From Obrimoposthia wandeli (lineage: Eukaryota), in the NCBI GenBank assembly GCA_977020255.1, contig CDROCS010001785.1, forward strand, positions 1 to 64,000: DNA of 64,000 nucleotides, in the 5' to 3' direction. Position numbers and translations under genes: made by a program. The notes under the pieces were generated by a model, which had not been told where the DNA came from, did no database searches, and was given only the letters and a program-made list of their open reading frames with translations. Of the stretch, positions 49,928 through 64,000 are shown in pieces; positions within the stretch are counted from its first letter, which is position 1; each line of letters opens with the position of its first letter.

Positions 49928-51584
49928 GGCCAACTGGGATCGATTTTCTGATGGTTTTGTGTATAACTGCTTTATAACTGTTTTATTTTTATTTTCTGAA
50001 TTTGTTTAAGGGCCGGAGAAGATTATCCAGTTTTGCCACTTTCTGATTATTTCTCACGCCCGCTACTCACTACTCTAATGAACTTGCGGGACCTTTGTCA
50101 CACGAATGAACACAATCTCTGCCATCACATTCTCGACTTTCCTCCTCTATATTTGAGAAGTATAAGCTGATACGGTGTTAGTGTTTGTTTTCGGCTGGGC
50201 CTCTCAGAATTTCCTTTTAATTATGACAATTATAACACACACCATTTAAGTTTCAAAGGTTATCGTACACATATTTCGGTTACAAAAACCCATCATCAGT
50301 ATTGGCGAATATGAAAATATCCGAAAAGAAGCTGGCAGGAACAATGGGGAAGTTTCAATAAAACACCTCAGATCAGTCAGCAGGTTTTGAGAGATAAATA
50401 TCATAAAATAACGAATGTTTATTGGAATATAATTTGGAATATAAATACTCAAAATATTTATTTAAGATAAATATTTGATTAAAAAATTCTACTTACAAAT
50501 TTTAAAAGCGTATTCACTAATCAAAAACTCTTATTTGGGTTATTGGCGAAGAAAATAGCCACTGATTAAACAAATTGAAATCTGACTAAATGGAGTTTGG
50601 TTTCTTTTGACACATGAGGACTAGCATTATCATGTAGCAGTGTCATGGTTGACTAACCGATTGAAACTAAAAAGAAACTATTGTTCCAATATTTTTTTAT
50701 AATCTCAACTTTTGATTGTGTCTCCATTTAGAAATATTATTTCATTAACTATTCTATAAAATGCTTTATTGCTATTTCTCAAGCTAACATCTCTTAAGTA
50801 GAACTATTTTTCATCGACTGTAACAATTTCATAACAAATCATGAATATATATTAAAGTTTAAATTAATTTTTCTTCGTGATTTAAATATTAAAAATATTC
50901 TTAACATATTTTTATATTCCATACTTACTTTAGACAAATTCACATTTAGAAGTGTATAAGGCTCATATTTTAAAATTAGTATTTGTTAAGCTTAATTTAA
51001 AATCTACATTTTACTCAACTTATTGTAGCATAAACGCGATGTTTCAAGAAATCTTCTAAATCCTCTTTACAAGCAGTTTGTTAATAATTATAATGACAAA
51101 CTAAAGAGTATATTTATGCTGACATTCAAAACATAGGGGCCGTCAAAAATATTCGTTTCTGAGCCATTAATTTGTTTACAATGCCCAATACTAACCTTTG
51201 ATTCCATACGAATTTCAGAAACATAGAGTGATACTATGATTTCAAATGTCAATATAAGCTGCGTATTTCTGTTGATGCATAAATATCTATTCTATTATTG
51301 AAACAAAATATTGTTAGCTCTTAAGAAATTTTTGTTGCAACATTGTCACGAAATAACTACAAAGCAAAGGCAATCTATGAACTGCTAGTTCAAAACTTCG
51401 AGTGAAGAAACTTATGTTAGTGTTCGAAGCGTTCAAACAATTTGTGAAAGGGTGGGAAAGTGTGAAAATAATTGATTGTTTCAAAAATTTTGAGTGTGTT
51501 CGAGAGTTATTCGAAGACAATAATTGTTTATCTTGTCCAGCAATTGAAGCCATGGTAGGTGAAAATTGCCAAACTCCGTAATCA

Positions 51585-52010
51585 TTGTGTTGTTGTTGGG
51601 TACCACGTGCAGTGACAAAGCAAAATAAGGAGATTCGTATTGAATGTGCCAAAGAAATGATAAGAACAGGTGATAGAAGATTGTTGAAAGAAAAACTAGT
51701 TGTTCTGGATAAAAATTGGATCTATCTCAGAACTATTCATCCAAAGGAGTGTACCAGAGCTTGGCCTCAGCAACCACGAAAAACAATTTCTAAGAAGCTT
51801 ATTCGGATTCTTGCGTTGAACTTGTCCAAGTCGTTAACTTAACGTGGGATGCTGCATGATGGTGGCACAATAAATGTAGACAGATATGTGGTTTTATATC
51901 ATAATATGTTTGACGCCTTAGAAAGGCAACTTTGTTTATCCTTAGGAAAAAATTTCATCAACATAATAATCCACGGTCTCATACTCCAGTTCTTGTTCGA
52001 GAATGGCTAA
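51585..52010 (+). mobile_element. mariner (DD34D-type) transposase remnant
   Basis: WVPRAV (cf. WVPHEL) followed by LVVLDKNWIY (cf. IVTGDEKWI). Confidence 0.7.
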
Positions 52011-54313
52011 ATGGTGAATAGGCGCAACTCGCAATCGTGAGCTGTACAGACACGAAGTAAATTTTACCAATTCCATTGAAGTAGAAACGAGCATTGGCGA
52101 TTTCATGAATAGTTTGACTGAGCATCAAATGAGCAATGAATTTCAGGAGCTTAAAATTAATTTATTGTTGTTGAAGCTTGTGACCATTTTCTATAGCCTA
52201 CTCCACTAATAAATATGTTGAATAAAAATTCGATTTTTTATCGACCCTATAATTTCTAACATATCAGTAGCATGACAATTTATTTTGTATCATTTAAAAT
52301 GTGAGCATACAATAATAACTATTACACAGACAAATTAACATACTTTAGTGATAACAATACTTATTTTATAAAGAATGTTTATTCACAAGAATACAATACT
52401 GATATTCCATTTAATGTATATTAAAAGACAAAACTTGTATTAAAAAAGACATCAAATTTTTTAAAACTTTCTAATTAAATAATAATTAGTGAATCAGTAA
52501 TAAGTAATTTAGAATTTCAAGGTGTTTTCACGTAATTTATTCAAAGTAATAAAAATTTAAATCCCAATGTTACTTATAAATTTAATGAGATTTGAAAATA
52601 TTATCTTTAAAATAGTTTACAATTTTAGTTACTGAAATAATGTTAACATAATACTTTTCAAATGTATTTAAAATTTATACTTGTAAAAAAATAATATGAT
52701 ATATTTATAAAAAGTAACATTATTTAATTTGTTTTAAACTAATCACAAATTTTAAATAAGCGCGCTTTAATTTCTACATTTATAAATTGATTAAAGATAT
52801 AAATTAAATTTTAAATATTTTTTATAAAAATCATCATCTAAGTATAATTTCTTGTAAAATGTTTTTTTGTATATTTAACAAAACATATACTGCTATTTGT
52901 ATGAAGTTTATGAGCAAAGATTAGAAAAACATGTTATGTTTTCTATTTGTTTAACCTAACTTTTCTAATTTAGAATACTTATGGTGGCTGAAATATATTT
53001 AGTGGTATATCTACCTTGTTATTAACTATACGTTTTTTTGTGAAACAGCTTATCTGTATGCCTATATATATCTGTAGGCCATTCCAACTCTTTGTACATA
53101 TCACTTATCTCTAATGATCAATTGACTAAAAAACAGAAAATTTTGCTAATCACAAAATGATGATTTATGTTAGCTATATTTAGGAATATAGAAGAATAAC
53201 CTCGAAGAAAATTATGAAAATATTGCCATATTACAGATGGAACTATGTCATTTTAAATATTTCTCATGATTTTAAAATTAACCTTTCCTGAGAAGAATAT
53301 TTTTATACTTAATCTCTGACTTCACAAACTGCTAAATGTTTTAAGAAGTTTAGGGTACCAATAATTTAAAAGAATCATTCATGTGAGGTTGTTTGTGGGT
53401 GTTGGTCCCCCATATCTTGTTACTCGCTCTTTCACTTCATACGTCACGTTTCCAATTTTCTCAAAAATATCTAAACTATGAAAAGAGACCTTCATTTTTG
53501 ATCAACTTATCTTTGTCAAAAGTAATTATTAAAGTGACAATGAGCATAAAGATACTATTCAATCTTCTATGGTGACCGATATTTTGCTCAGTTTTTAAAT
53601 CTCTATGATTGTCTTATATAATTTATGTCAAAATTTGAAAATATACAAATAAATTGATAACACGCCTCTTCATAAAAGCTTTCCAAAAAGAGCTGAGAAT
53701 TTAGGCTCCAGCGATTTATCTATAGATAAATATATTTCTGAATAAATGCAAAATATTTGTTATCAGAGTTTTTCATTTCTCTTTTTAATAGTTATTTAAG
53801 TACAATGTGAAAAATATTAGTTATATAGTAAGCAACAGTAAAGATTGGAATGTATCTAGAATTCTGTTCATATAATTTATATTTTGTAGTGTTTAACGGT
53901 AATGAACAGACAATCAATAACCGATAAATTATGATATCGATTCGCAATTGTGACATAATTTTGGGTTTAAAATTTGTACTTTCTAATTTACATACTTTTT
54001 CATTTTTGCGAAAGTCTTGATAATTTTTTAATATTATTGCGTAAGAAACATCAAAATTATATGAAGCTTTCTTTCGATTCCACAAACTATTTTCAGAGGA
54101 TTTTTCATAAGGTAATTTTCTTTAATTATAAAGGGAAAATTTAAATTTCTCTCTCAAATTTAGATTTAATAAACGAAAAGTTATAAGAAATAAGTTATTA
54201 AATGAAATAGAAGTCTTATTTGAAAATAAGGCCAAGTTTTATTTGAATGGAAAAATAAACAGATGCTAAAGTCCAGATGTGGAGAAATAATTTAAATGTC
54301 ATAAAATTACTTA

Positions 54314-55000
54314 TGTGACATTTAACAAGGCGAATACATATTAAAATAGAAAAGGGAGTTTAAATAAATCTAAAATAGAGGTAATTTAACTCATATGACC
54401 TAAGTGACTCTATTCGTCAGTCACCTGAGTCAGTAGGTGCAAGTATGTAAGTGGAATTAGAAATCAGGACAGTGATTACCCCGTGATTTATCGATGAGGC
54501 GCGTTAGTTTTTCATTGGGACAATTGAAAACGTCACCCTGTCGCGATAATAAAAGGATATGATTTAGTCAATAACAAGAAGAAGGAAAAGGGAAATTAAA
54601 GGACAACAATTAATAATGGCGACACTTAAAATTAACATACCAGTTGAAGATGACTAATTGGAAAACATTAACTCCTCAGACATTTAATACATGAAGTGGG
54701 AAGACGAAACAAGCTCAATCTTCGCGAACGGATTCATCAACGATCCAACAGGACATCGATTATTCAGACAGATGAACTCAGGGCAACAATATAATCAGTC
54801 AATTCGATAGTGAGAACTACTGGAACATGTAGAGTATAAACTTGGGTGAAACAAATCAACATTACTTATATTGAACTAATTAAACATTTGAAAGTATTAT
54901 AAACTTTTAACGTCGTATATTTTATTTCTATTCTGGTTTGCTAAACTCTCAGACCCATCACGGTCCCAGCCTAAGATATCGACCTACATTACCCGACACG
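54314..55000 (+). mobile_element. possible solo LTR
   Basis: TG start and a GC-richer 3' end with CTCAGACCCA, similar to 20.56 kb (TTCAGACCCA). Boundaries uncertain. Confidence 0.3.
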
Positions 55001-56259
55001 GTAAGAGTGACGTAGGACTATGTACTCGTTTGTTTCCGTATCTTCTTTCCAATAGTTTACCCCTGTGTATTTTCTTTGGTATTTTACATACAACTTTGTT
55101 AATAAGCTTACTAATTCAGGGCATGCCCTTCAGTAAGACACGTTCTTTAAGAACTCATGAATTAGATACATTCCAAAGAAGTGTAACAACTCTTGGCATC
55201 ATTGGATGTTTATGATAAGATATCAATGGAGAGAAGAAAGACAGCTATGTGGACAGCCATTTCAATGAATGATATACAATCATTTGATTTAGGTGATGAG
55301 ACAATAAACCATATTTATAAAATGAAAGTTGGAGCTCTAGTTACAGCAAATTTAACTTTACTTTCACTTTTTACTATAACTTCATTCGTTGATTGAATAA
55401 AATTGAAATGAATAAATTGAAGTGTTCGATTCAATAATAAAATCAATTGTTATTTTAGCTTTTACTGGTTTAGTATACTTTTAACTTTATCATATGCTTT
55501 TAGCTTTCGTTGTGACTTTAGCTTTTACTACATGGCGACATTTTTATTCATGTAGCATGGATCCCTCTAGATTAGCGATGTATAACCTTTTTTGTAGTGA
55601 GCCAATCAGGATGAAATTTCATTTGATGAGGTTCAAGTTTCGCGAAGGAATAAAAAAATATTTCTTTTAGTTTACTGAAACAAAACAATATATTCAAAAA
55701 TATACACTAAAATTTTAAAATAACATATCTTGTATTCTTTAGCATTCTTTAAAACATTTAATGAAATTGAAATAAAAGAATCATTTAAAATATGAATTAC
55801 TTACACATAAAGATGAAATTAATCGAAGCTAAAATCATGAGCCATATTTTATCAGCTCTTTTACCAATTTTGACAAAACACATGTGACATATCTGACTAA
55901 ACAGTAAAACCAACTAACAAAATTAAATTGATGGTAGAAAAGGAAAAATATAAACAATACATTCAGAAAGTTTACTTTTTATTAAAATTGGTGGATGTTT
56001 CTGAAATAGATTTTAATTATTATATCCTTTGATGAAAACATTTTTAAATGTAAATTGGGAGTAGGTGCAAAAATTATTCAATTTAAATTGGAACAATGTC
56101 TTTTTATTTTTTGTATGGACTAAAAACATTTGCGCAAGCTGAATAAAATTAGTGAAAGGGTCGGGTTGGCTCGCGGGTTAGACTTTGTGCATCCATGCTC
56201 CAGATATAGTAATATATGGCAAAACAAATGGAATCCTAAGAAAGCCAGTCATTTTAATC

Positions 56260-56410
56260 GTAATTGATTTCAATAAGATGATGCACCTGCAAGTTTGCAT
56301 TTATCCAGACATGGTCGCATCCGTATATGAAGACCAATAGAGGGACCTGCACGAAGTCTAGATTCATCTGTACATGGCTTCTTTAAGGCTAATTTAAAGA
56401 ATAAGTATAT
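56260..56410 (+). mobile_element. Tc3-like mariner C-terminal remnant
   Basis: FQ*DDAPA (cf. FQQDGAPAH) and GPARSLD..FF..LKNK (cf. WPARSPDLTPLDFFLWGYLKNKVY). Confidence 0.6.
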
Positions 56411-57413
56411 TTATAGGAACTTGCTAATATAGAAGTCTTCAGAAATTTCCAAATCTGTCTATGAACATTTTCAAAAGCGATTATATTTTCTACATTAAAC
56501 CCGTAGATAAAAAACCAGGCACGTACCTAATAACCTTCATTCAGATATTTCTTATCTTTAAATTTTGCGAAATTTACTTTATTGAAAAAATAGAAATATC
56601 GATAAAATTAATATTTTAGAAATGAAGTCACAAAAAAGATTAAAAATTCAAAGAAAATATTTTCTAAGCGATTATATAATTTCAAATTTTAAGGTTTCAA
56701 AACTCATTGATATCGAAGAAGAAGCTTCCGGGAAGACTTTAGCAGCTATATCTGTTTTTCTTGCACAAAACCAGAGCTTTCCAATGAACTGAAAAGATAT
56801 AAAGAGTGTTTGAAGATTTCTAAGATAATTTCAGAATAATTTTTTATATTTTAGTGGGTTTTTCAATTTAATACCACATGGTTTTTTTGCAACATTTTCC
56901 AAGTTCAAGTCTACAAATAATAATCCTTTGTTAGTTTCGTAGTTATTGTTTGTAAAAAATGTTATATCAAATAAAAAAAATTATATTCAACAAGAATTCT
57001 TTATTTATCTGTAATTTTAAAAGCACTGAAAGCTAATTCATATTGTAAGTCAAAAGTCGATTTCTAGACATTGATAATTGGTGTGTAAAGAGATAAATGA
57101 GACAGCTAAAATTCTTTATTTTTACCCAAATAAATACATGTATTATATATATTTATACAGAACTTGTAATGTATTCCCCATCATAGTCAATTACTGTTTG
57201 ACAATGTTGAAATAACTTTCCTATCTGGTGCAGATAATCTTCTTCAGAAATTGATTTTATTACCTCATCACCCAATTCCAATAATTGTTGAATGTTGACA
57301 TTATGAGATTATGCAGTGTTCTATTTTTTTATATTTACGTTTCGATAATATAACTAAACACGATTTTTTTAATTTTCATGATTTCCCTAAGTAATGACGA
57401 GCCCAGGTAGACA

Positions 57414-60400
57414 TTACCTGTTATCGTGTAATGAGGAGTTGACTTTGAGTTCAATTCCATCTACGCGGTTCTTGGTGGGGTTGTCAAAGTCCTGATCGAG
57501 GTTCTTGCCTCGAGTCTCTGGGATCAGGAATGTGAGTGCCCCTGCGAGAACGGCTAAACCGAAGAAGACGACCATTGGGAGGGGCCTCCAGAAACTACGC
57601 AGACTGAGAATGGGTACTGCTATCATCCCACCAAGCCGTGCACTCATGGAGGCTGTTCCTATGGCCACATTTCTGGGCATGGAGATGAAGTCAATATTTA
57701 ATAAAGGGAACAAGGAGGCTTGAAAACATCCATCCCAATCTGTGAGATAGCGGGTACATGAACCGCTCACCCTGACCCACTGGCGAATCCATGCTGTTAT
57801 GTGATGTAATTAATGATGTATTAAGATATTGAAGTTTTATGACTAAAATAAAATTCAATTGTTTTAAACTATCTTCTTCTGAAAGCTTCATAGAAACAAC
57901 TTTTAAAATTCCAATGGAAACGGCTCGGTCGTTATAAATGGCTTGCATGTAGTGCTCATGCTGAACCCAAGGGTGGATGATGTCTTCCATGCTTCTTGTT
58001 TTTATCAAAGGAAAAAATTAAATGTTAGCAATGGTTGTACGAATTACAGTAAATCTAAACAATTGATGCTTGGTCACGAAAGTATAAAATTCCAGCAGAC
58101 AGCATAAGAAAAAGATTCGAGCCTAAAAGACAAATGAACAAATGTTGCTATTCCTGATGGATGGAGACTAAAACATTGTCACGTCTCTTCAATCAATCCT
58201 GGATCTGCAGTACAGGCTACCTTAATTAAAAAAAGACCACGTGACTTAAAACATTCTTATTGGGCAAGTTGACAGTGCAATGTCATCACAGTAGCCTTTA
58301 TAAAGTAGACATTTCAACATTAATTTGTGTTATGTTTGAGGGCATTTAGAAAGAGAGCATAGCTCACCTGACTGACGTTGGGAAAAGCTCCACTGTGAAG
58401 AAATATACAACCCCGTACGACATGGTTACCGTTAGTTTGCCCAGCATTGCGACGACGGAGACCATTATGCTGTAGTCTGGATCGGAAATGAGTAACAATG
58501 ATTTTTAATGGTTTATTTCGACTCATGTTATCTAATTTTAATTTATCTAACCATTGCGGCCATAATTATACATTGCCATCGATATGGATGTTCGATGGGG
58601 TTTGGACTGTTTGATAAAAATATGGAAATAGTCATCAGCACGCCAAATACACCCCCATCGTTTAGGCCGTTTGTCAAAGTATCGCCTAAAGAAAAGAGAC
58701 GATTTTGATAGATTTTGGATACCAACATTTTTAAAAGAGAAATCTACCATCCATTGCTGACCATGTTTAGCCAAAAGGTGATTCAGCTTAGTAAGCTTAC
58801 TAAAGTGTGGATTTATTGGTACAATGAAGAGCAGTTCCAATCCCAGGCAACAAGACAACTAAGAAGCATCTAAGGGAGTATTTTCTGTCGACGTTTTGTT
58901 GTCAAATCAGAGTATACATATTCACAGAAACTTGATAAATTTAAGACAGTAATAATAGGGGTATTTCAATGAAATAAACCTTTAAAGATAATTTTTAAAT
59001 ATTCAATATTGTTACATACGTTTATGCAAATGGATATTAGTGCATATCATCTAAACAAATTGAGAGATAAACGAACAATTTTTAAAACATTTAATCATTA
59101 TAGAATTATTTAAAAGTGCACAAACGTTTAAGGTGATTTATTGATCCAACAAACTTTCATTCTTCCTAAGCATATTGTTATAGAGAAAACAACTAAAGCT
59201 TATAATAATTTTATTCAATAACATCAATTCGCAATCCAGTTTTATTTGAATTTCTAACCAATGACACAAAATGTCGAATTACATACTTTACCTCACCCCC
59301 ATGATATCAACATTTCCATTTCATAATCATTCAAATATGCCGGTCACACAACTTGTCTTGGCACGCAGTTGACGACTTCATCTTTGCTAATATTAATTTA
59401 TTCGCTTTCACTGTTGTCACTTACATCATTGGCTGTTGAAACATCGGGCAGCAGTCTCAAATCGGCCACATGCCGCGGCATGCCATCCACTTCAACTTCA
59501 ACACCATTTCAATTCTTAATCACTGTTCCAATCGGCACCTCGCGTTTGAGAGTTTTACAAACACTTTTGATCCAAGAGAGAACTTTTCAGGTATTTCCCC
59601 AGAACATACTTAGGGATTGTTGACATTTGGATACTTCCATGAGCAATTGAATAGCCTTTTCGCAGGTACTGACTTTCACATCATCTCTTAGAGTAACGTT
59701 ATACCAAAAAGACATATGTCACTTCTTGGTAACGCCATAATTATAGATCGACATGAATTTGTAGATAAACCTTTCTCATATCAACTATGCTTAATATTAC
59801 ACCCATTGTCCTCCACGATCGCAGTTTCTCCACACACTTCACTCCGGGCCATATGAGTGAATACAAAATCATTGAGTCCACATAAGTCCAGCAAAGGTTG
59901 AACTTTCCCACCTTTATTATGCTTCACCACGGCCATCAAAGGAATAATGCCATAGTGCTCACCATCATACTGTTTCAATCAACCAGCTGCAATCCATTCC
60001 TCAACTTCTGTTGTGAACTTTCATACTACTCCCTCATCCTTTATACGGTATTGTAACTCCATATTTCTTAGCCGTGAATCCTGCACGCCATCTTTCCAAT
60101 TCCACTTCACAACCTATCTTCCATCTCGAAAATCAACAGTAAAGTCTTTATCCACGATCGATATTTCCCTCTCTTCTGTTACAATACACGCCATATCACT
60201 CAACCCAAATTTGGCGTTTTGTTCGACACTGACTTCTATGCCACCCAACTTGACAATCACATCCATGACCAAAATCACATCATATCCACTCAAAATCTGT
60301 GATTCCAAACAGTCCAACTTCACGCTTGCATTTCCGATTTTCAACACTAAATCTCTATATACACACACATTACACAATCGCCGTTCAGCATTGTTATTCT

Positions 60401-62191
60401 CTGTTGACCTCAACCTTCCTTCTTGTTGGCAACAATTCCCAACAAAAACAGTTCGTGAACATCTATTGTCCACCAATGCTTTACTCAAACGACTGTCTAC
60501 TTCTACATTGACTACAGGAAGATGCGCTAAAATCTATGAGATATCACTCGCGCAAACGACACCCCTTTCAGTTTTTTGCAAACTTATCATCAATATTAAA
60601 TTTCTTTGGGCATGTCGGTGACAAATGACCAACTTCATCGTAAATTTAGCACTTTCGACATTCAGGTACAGTGCATTCTCGACTACCATGACCTTCTTCG
60701 CCACATCGATAACATTTAATTTGTTTTCTTGTTACTGGAACCTTTGTGGATGTGTTATTTGTGAATTTATTTCGACTTGTCGACACCAAACACACTTCCG
60801 CATTTGTTTTAAAAAGACACCACATCACTCAACTTCAAATTTACCACGAACACACTCCCCGTTTTTGTGACATGATCTTCTCAGGCAAGCCAGCAATGAA
60901 AGCGCACTTCATCAAGAAATCGTTGACTAAATAATTATCTATCAACTTTACGAACCCATTTAGGTCTGTGATGTACACATCGACCGATTCACTAACCATC
61001 AACCTTCTTCTTGTTAGTTATTCATATGCAGAGCAAGAATCCACAGAAAATGCATTTGTCAATACTTGTTTGACATTTGCATACTCCTCTCAGTAACTTT
61101 CTTCCATTTTCATATACACCGCAAAGGCACCACCACACAGAAATAACGGCACCAAATTCGTCACTTTCTTCACCTTCTGCAGGCGCGCCACCAATTCCAA
61201 TTTCTGTAGACACTCGAAAATATCCCCAGTTCCGCTGTACGGTTTCAGCATGTCGGACACACTTGGCGTTCGGCTCGAAGTATTCCGTTTAACTTTCGCC
61301 CCAATAGCTTGTTATGGGGAAAACTACTAAAGCTTATAATTATTCTATTTAATAACACCAATTCACAATTCAGTTTTATTTGAATTTCTGCCCACACTGA
61401 AATATCTAATTATTTAAACAAACGACACAAAGTTCTCCGCTCATATTTTAAAAGTTGGGGATTAATTAGTTATTTTTCGAGAAAGCAGAAACTTTTTGAG
61501 AAAACTGATTTATATAAAATTTTCTCTGGCATACTTTTTTTTAACTAATTGAGCTTCTAAAGACTGAATTCTGGAAATTCATGGTGAGCATCAGAGAAAA
61601 AAATGCATTTTCAAATTGCAGTCAAATAAAGGTTACAATTTTTTTTATTGTAATGCAGGCATGAAAATATATTTTAAATTATTCTTTGTGTGGTCAAAGA
61701 GTGTAGCGATGTAATAAATTTCTTTAAATGTTGTTTTAAATAATTCAAAAATTTTACTATATATAGACTACTTTTAACTTTAATTAACTTAATTGTTTTT
61801 AATATTCTTTTGTGATTCGTATTAATTTTATGTGATATTTAAAATGATTTATTTAAAATTGTATTTAAGACGTATGTCCTAACAGTGTTACAAGATCCTG
61901 TCAATAATATGAGTAGAAGAGGTGATATAACGTCAAATATTCTGGTCCCAACAAGACAATTGTGCATGTAACTTACTCCGAGGAATGCAACTCCCTGTTA
62001 AACAGAGAACGCCTGTGGCCCACAAAGTTGCAACAAGAAGCTTGCGTCTTCCAATGCGGTCCAGTAGAAGAAGATTAAGTCCATAGGCAGGAATCTCCAC
62101 AAGCCCCAACACCACGAAATTGAGGTAAAGACTGCCGCTAAGATTCTCCGCATTGAAGATAATGCCATAGTAGATGAGAGCGTTAACGATC
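57414..62191 (-). CDS. SLC22-type organic cation/anion transporter (MFS), 3' exons; 5' exons probably lie beyond the window
   Basis: Exons 62191-61977 (IVNALIYYG..LYLNF..GLVEIPAY..LDRIGRR), 58476-58368 (AMLGK..YFFTVELFPTSVR) and 57672-57414 (NVAIG..SM.ARLGG..LIPETRGK) are phase-consistent with GT-AG introns. The end is either TAA at 57414 or a donor at 57417 leading to an unidentified exon. Confidence 0.92.
59176..61443 (-). mobile_element. internally deleted Ty3/Gypsy LTR retrotransposon with two short LTRs, inside an SLC22 intron
   Basis: Direct repeats at 59176-59283 (108 bp, TG..CA) and 61310-~61443. PPT GGGGGTGAGGTAAAG next to the 3' LTR. Minus-strand gag (LVPLFLCGGAFAVY; CYRCGEEGHGSREC), protease-like LVDNRCSRT and RT start KVQPLLDLCGLN. 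No integrase seen. Confidence 0.85.
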
Positions 62192-62719
62192 CTGCCAGAG
62201 AAGTCAAAAATGCGTACTGCATAAATGTTATTTCAACAACAACAAAAATACGCATAGAGCTCTTACGTCATCTTTTCCAGCCGGAATTCGATGTTTTCTA
62301 AGTTGCTCAGAGTATAAATATAGTTTTATCAATAACTGTGCAGATAAGTAGTTGTCAATGTTTTTTATCCCCTTTCCAAGTATCAACAAAATATATTAAG
62401 AGTCTTCATATATATTTGAATTGAAAGTCAAAATGACCAGGAGCTTCGATATTTCTAGTTATGTAATCAGAAACCGGAATTATCTTACTTTCAATAATTT
62501 GTTTAAGAACTGATATTTAATATTCAGAATATAAATTGCGTTGTGAAATCTAAGTCTTGAATTATGTCTACGATAGAAAAAATAACTGGCGACCACGCCA
62601 AAATAAATGTAGTGACGAGAAGTAAATCAAAGAAGAATATCCTTGAGACTATGCCTAAAGAGCATATAATGATGTTCCAGTATAACACAAGAAGATACGA
62701 TGGAATGAGTTAAAAGGAA

Positions 62720-64000
62720 GGTGAACAATGGTTAATGGATATTGGAGAATGGGTTGACGCAAATCAGATTAATATTGGGATGAATTTGAGTTGCTGTTGA
62801 TTGAAGAAGCTGGATTATTATGGAAAGATGCCAGTGAAAGGTTAAATTCAGATATCGAAGTCAAAAAATGGTTTGAAGAAAATTTCATAGAAAGGAAATC
62901 TATAGTTGACAAAGTTTGCGAACTTGCAAAAGTGAAGCAAGTAGAAGGCGAGGGTTTTTCAGCGTTCAGCATTAGAGTGAAAAAACTCTTTGAGGCTGTG
63001 ATAGAAAATAATGTTAGCAAAGATGAGGGACATGACTGAGGCTTTCATTAACTATAGAGTAAGAAGTGAAAAACTGAAGAAGCAGTTCTTATTAAAACTA
63101 CAGATGCCAAAAGAAGAAATAGAGGCGTTGGCAAAGGTGTACTGCAAAATCGAGATAAAGAATTCCTTGATTGCACAAATTCATAATACGTATGCAAATA
63201 CAGTAAAAAGAGAATTCAGCCGTCCTGACAACCGTCATTTCTCAAACAATACGAATAAATCAGTACCAATATAGTACATCAGGAACAAAGAAATTATGTT
63301 AATGAAGAAAAAATCTACAGAAATAGAGACGCCCAAAATCAAAATAATAGGAGACCAATGCCAAAGTTTTCCCTAAAACAAATAGCTAAAAGAAAATATA
63401 ACTTGGCTAAGAGACTACCTGTCACAAAAAGTAAAGAACTTCACTCAGGAGCATGTTTTTGTTGTGGTGAAAAAGGTCATTTCACGAAAACTAATGTCAT
63501 CTCAATCACAAATGTTTGATTTGCGGAAAAGAAGGTCACAATTTCAACAGCTGCTATCTTTTAAAGAACTCACATAAAACTTCAAGAGTACTTTGAATAA
63601 CAGAAGAAGTGGAAGAAAATAACCAAGATTTAGAAGATTGTAATAATGACGACATGATATTACATGATGTTAATCAAGGGAAACGTAAGCGATCCCATTG
63701 CTCATATTTCGTCGGTGGGATTGAGCATATAGAACCAAAGCGAAATGAAAAGATGTATATGAAGAATGATGGTCGTGAATGAAGTATAATGAAGATTAAT
63801 GATGTAGATGTGGAAATGCTGTGGGACTCCGGAGCATCAGTTACTGTAATGAGTAAGGATTGTTGGAAGAAAGTAGGATGTCACAAAATGAGAGAGAGAG
63901 TAATTTATATCTGAGTGGAGTTTTTTCGAATAATCATCAACAGCCTTTAGGTAGGTTTAATAATAAAGTGTTATGGAATGGAAAGGAGAAAGTTTTGGAA
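62720..64000 (+). mobile_element. Ty3/Gypsy gag-protease, degraded, continues past the window end
   Basis: Zinc knuckles CFCCGEKGH and CLICGKEGHNFNSC at ~63450-63560 and aspartic protease MLWDSGAS at ~63820. Many stops and frameshifts. Confidence 0.85.

Noticed and set aside
55030-55396. Two small plus-strand ORFs after the LTR-like segment as a gene
   Set aside because: No recognisable homology or convincing splice context.
62250-62300. Short AG..GTAAGA segment as the next upstream SLC22 exon
   Set aside because: It does not end in the phase or sequence (TG of Trp) needed to join exon 62191 and gives no SLC22-like peptide.

Overview
AT-rich, intron-containing eukaryotic (metazoan-type) genomic DNA, read in the standard genetic code. 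Four host genes could be rebuilt by hand from splice sites and reading phase: a J-domain (DnaJ) protein (-, 7.7-8.3 kb), a complete 6-exon Derlin-2-like gene (-, 12607-16569), a phospholipid scramblase (+, 5 exons found, 33718-49927, 5' end missing) and the 3' part of an SLC22-type MFS transporter (-, 57414-62191). Much of the rest is decayed mobile DNA: hAT, pogo/Tigger, several Tc1/mariner remnants, two L2/CR1 LINE fragments, Ty3/Gypsy elements and solo LTRs. The standout is between Derlin and the scramblase: three co-oriented minus-strand type I hammerhead ribozyme motifs (18826-18880, 21142-21191, 24184-24233). Their helices differ in sequence but keep pairing. Two share a covarying loop II pseudoknot-like helix and a homologous hairpin, and each is preceded by a GC-rich structured block. 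No Penelope RT or GIY-YIG ORF was seen nearby. All calls are manual; no database or folding software was run.
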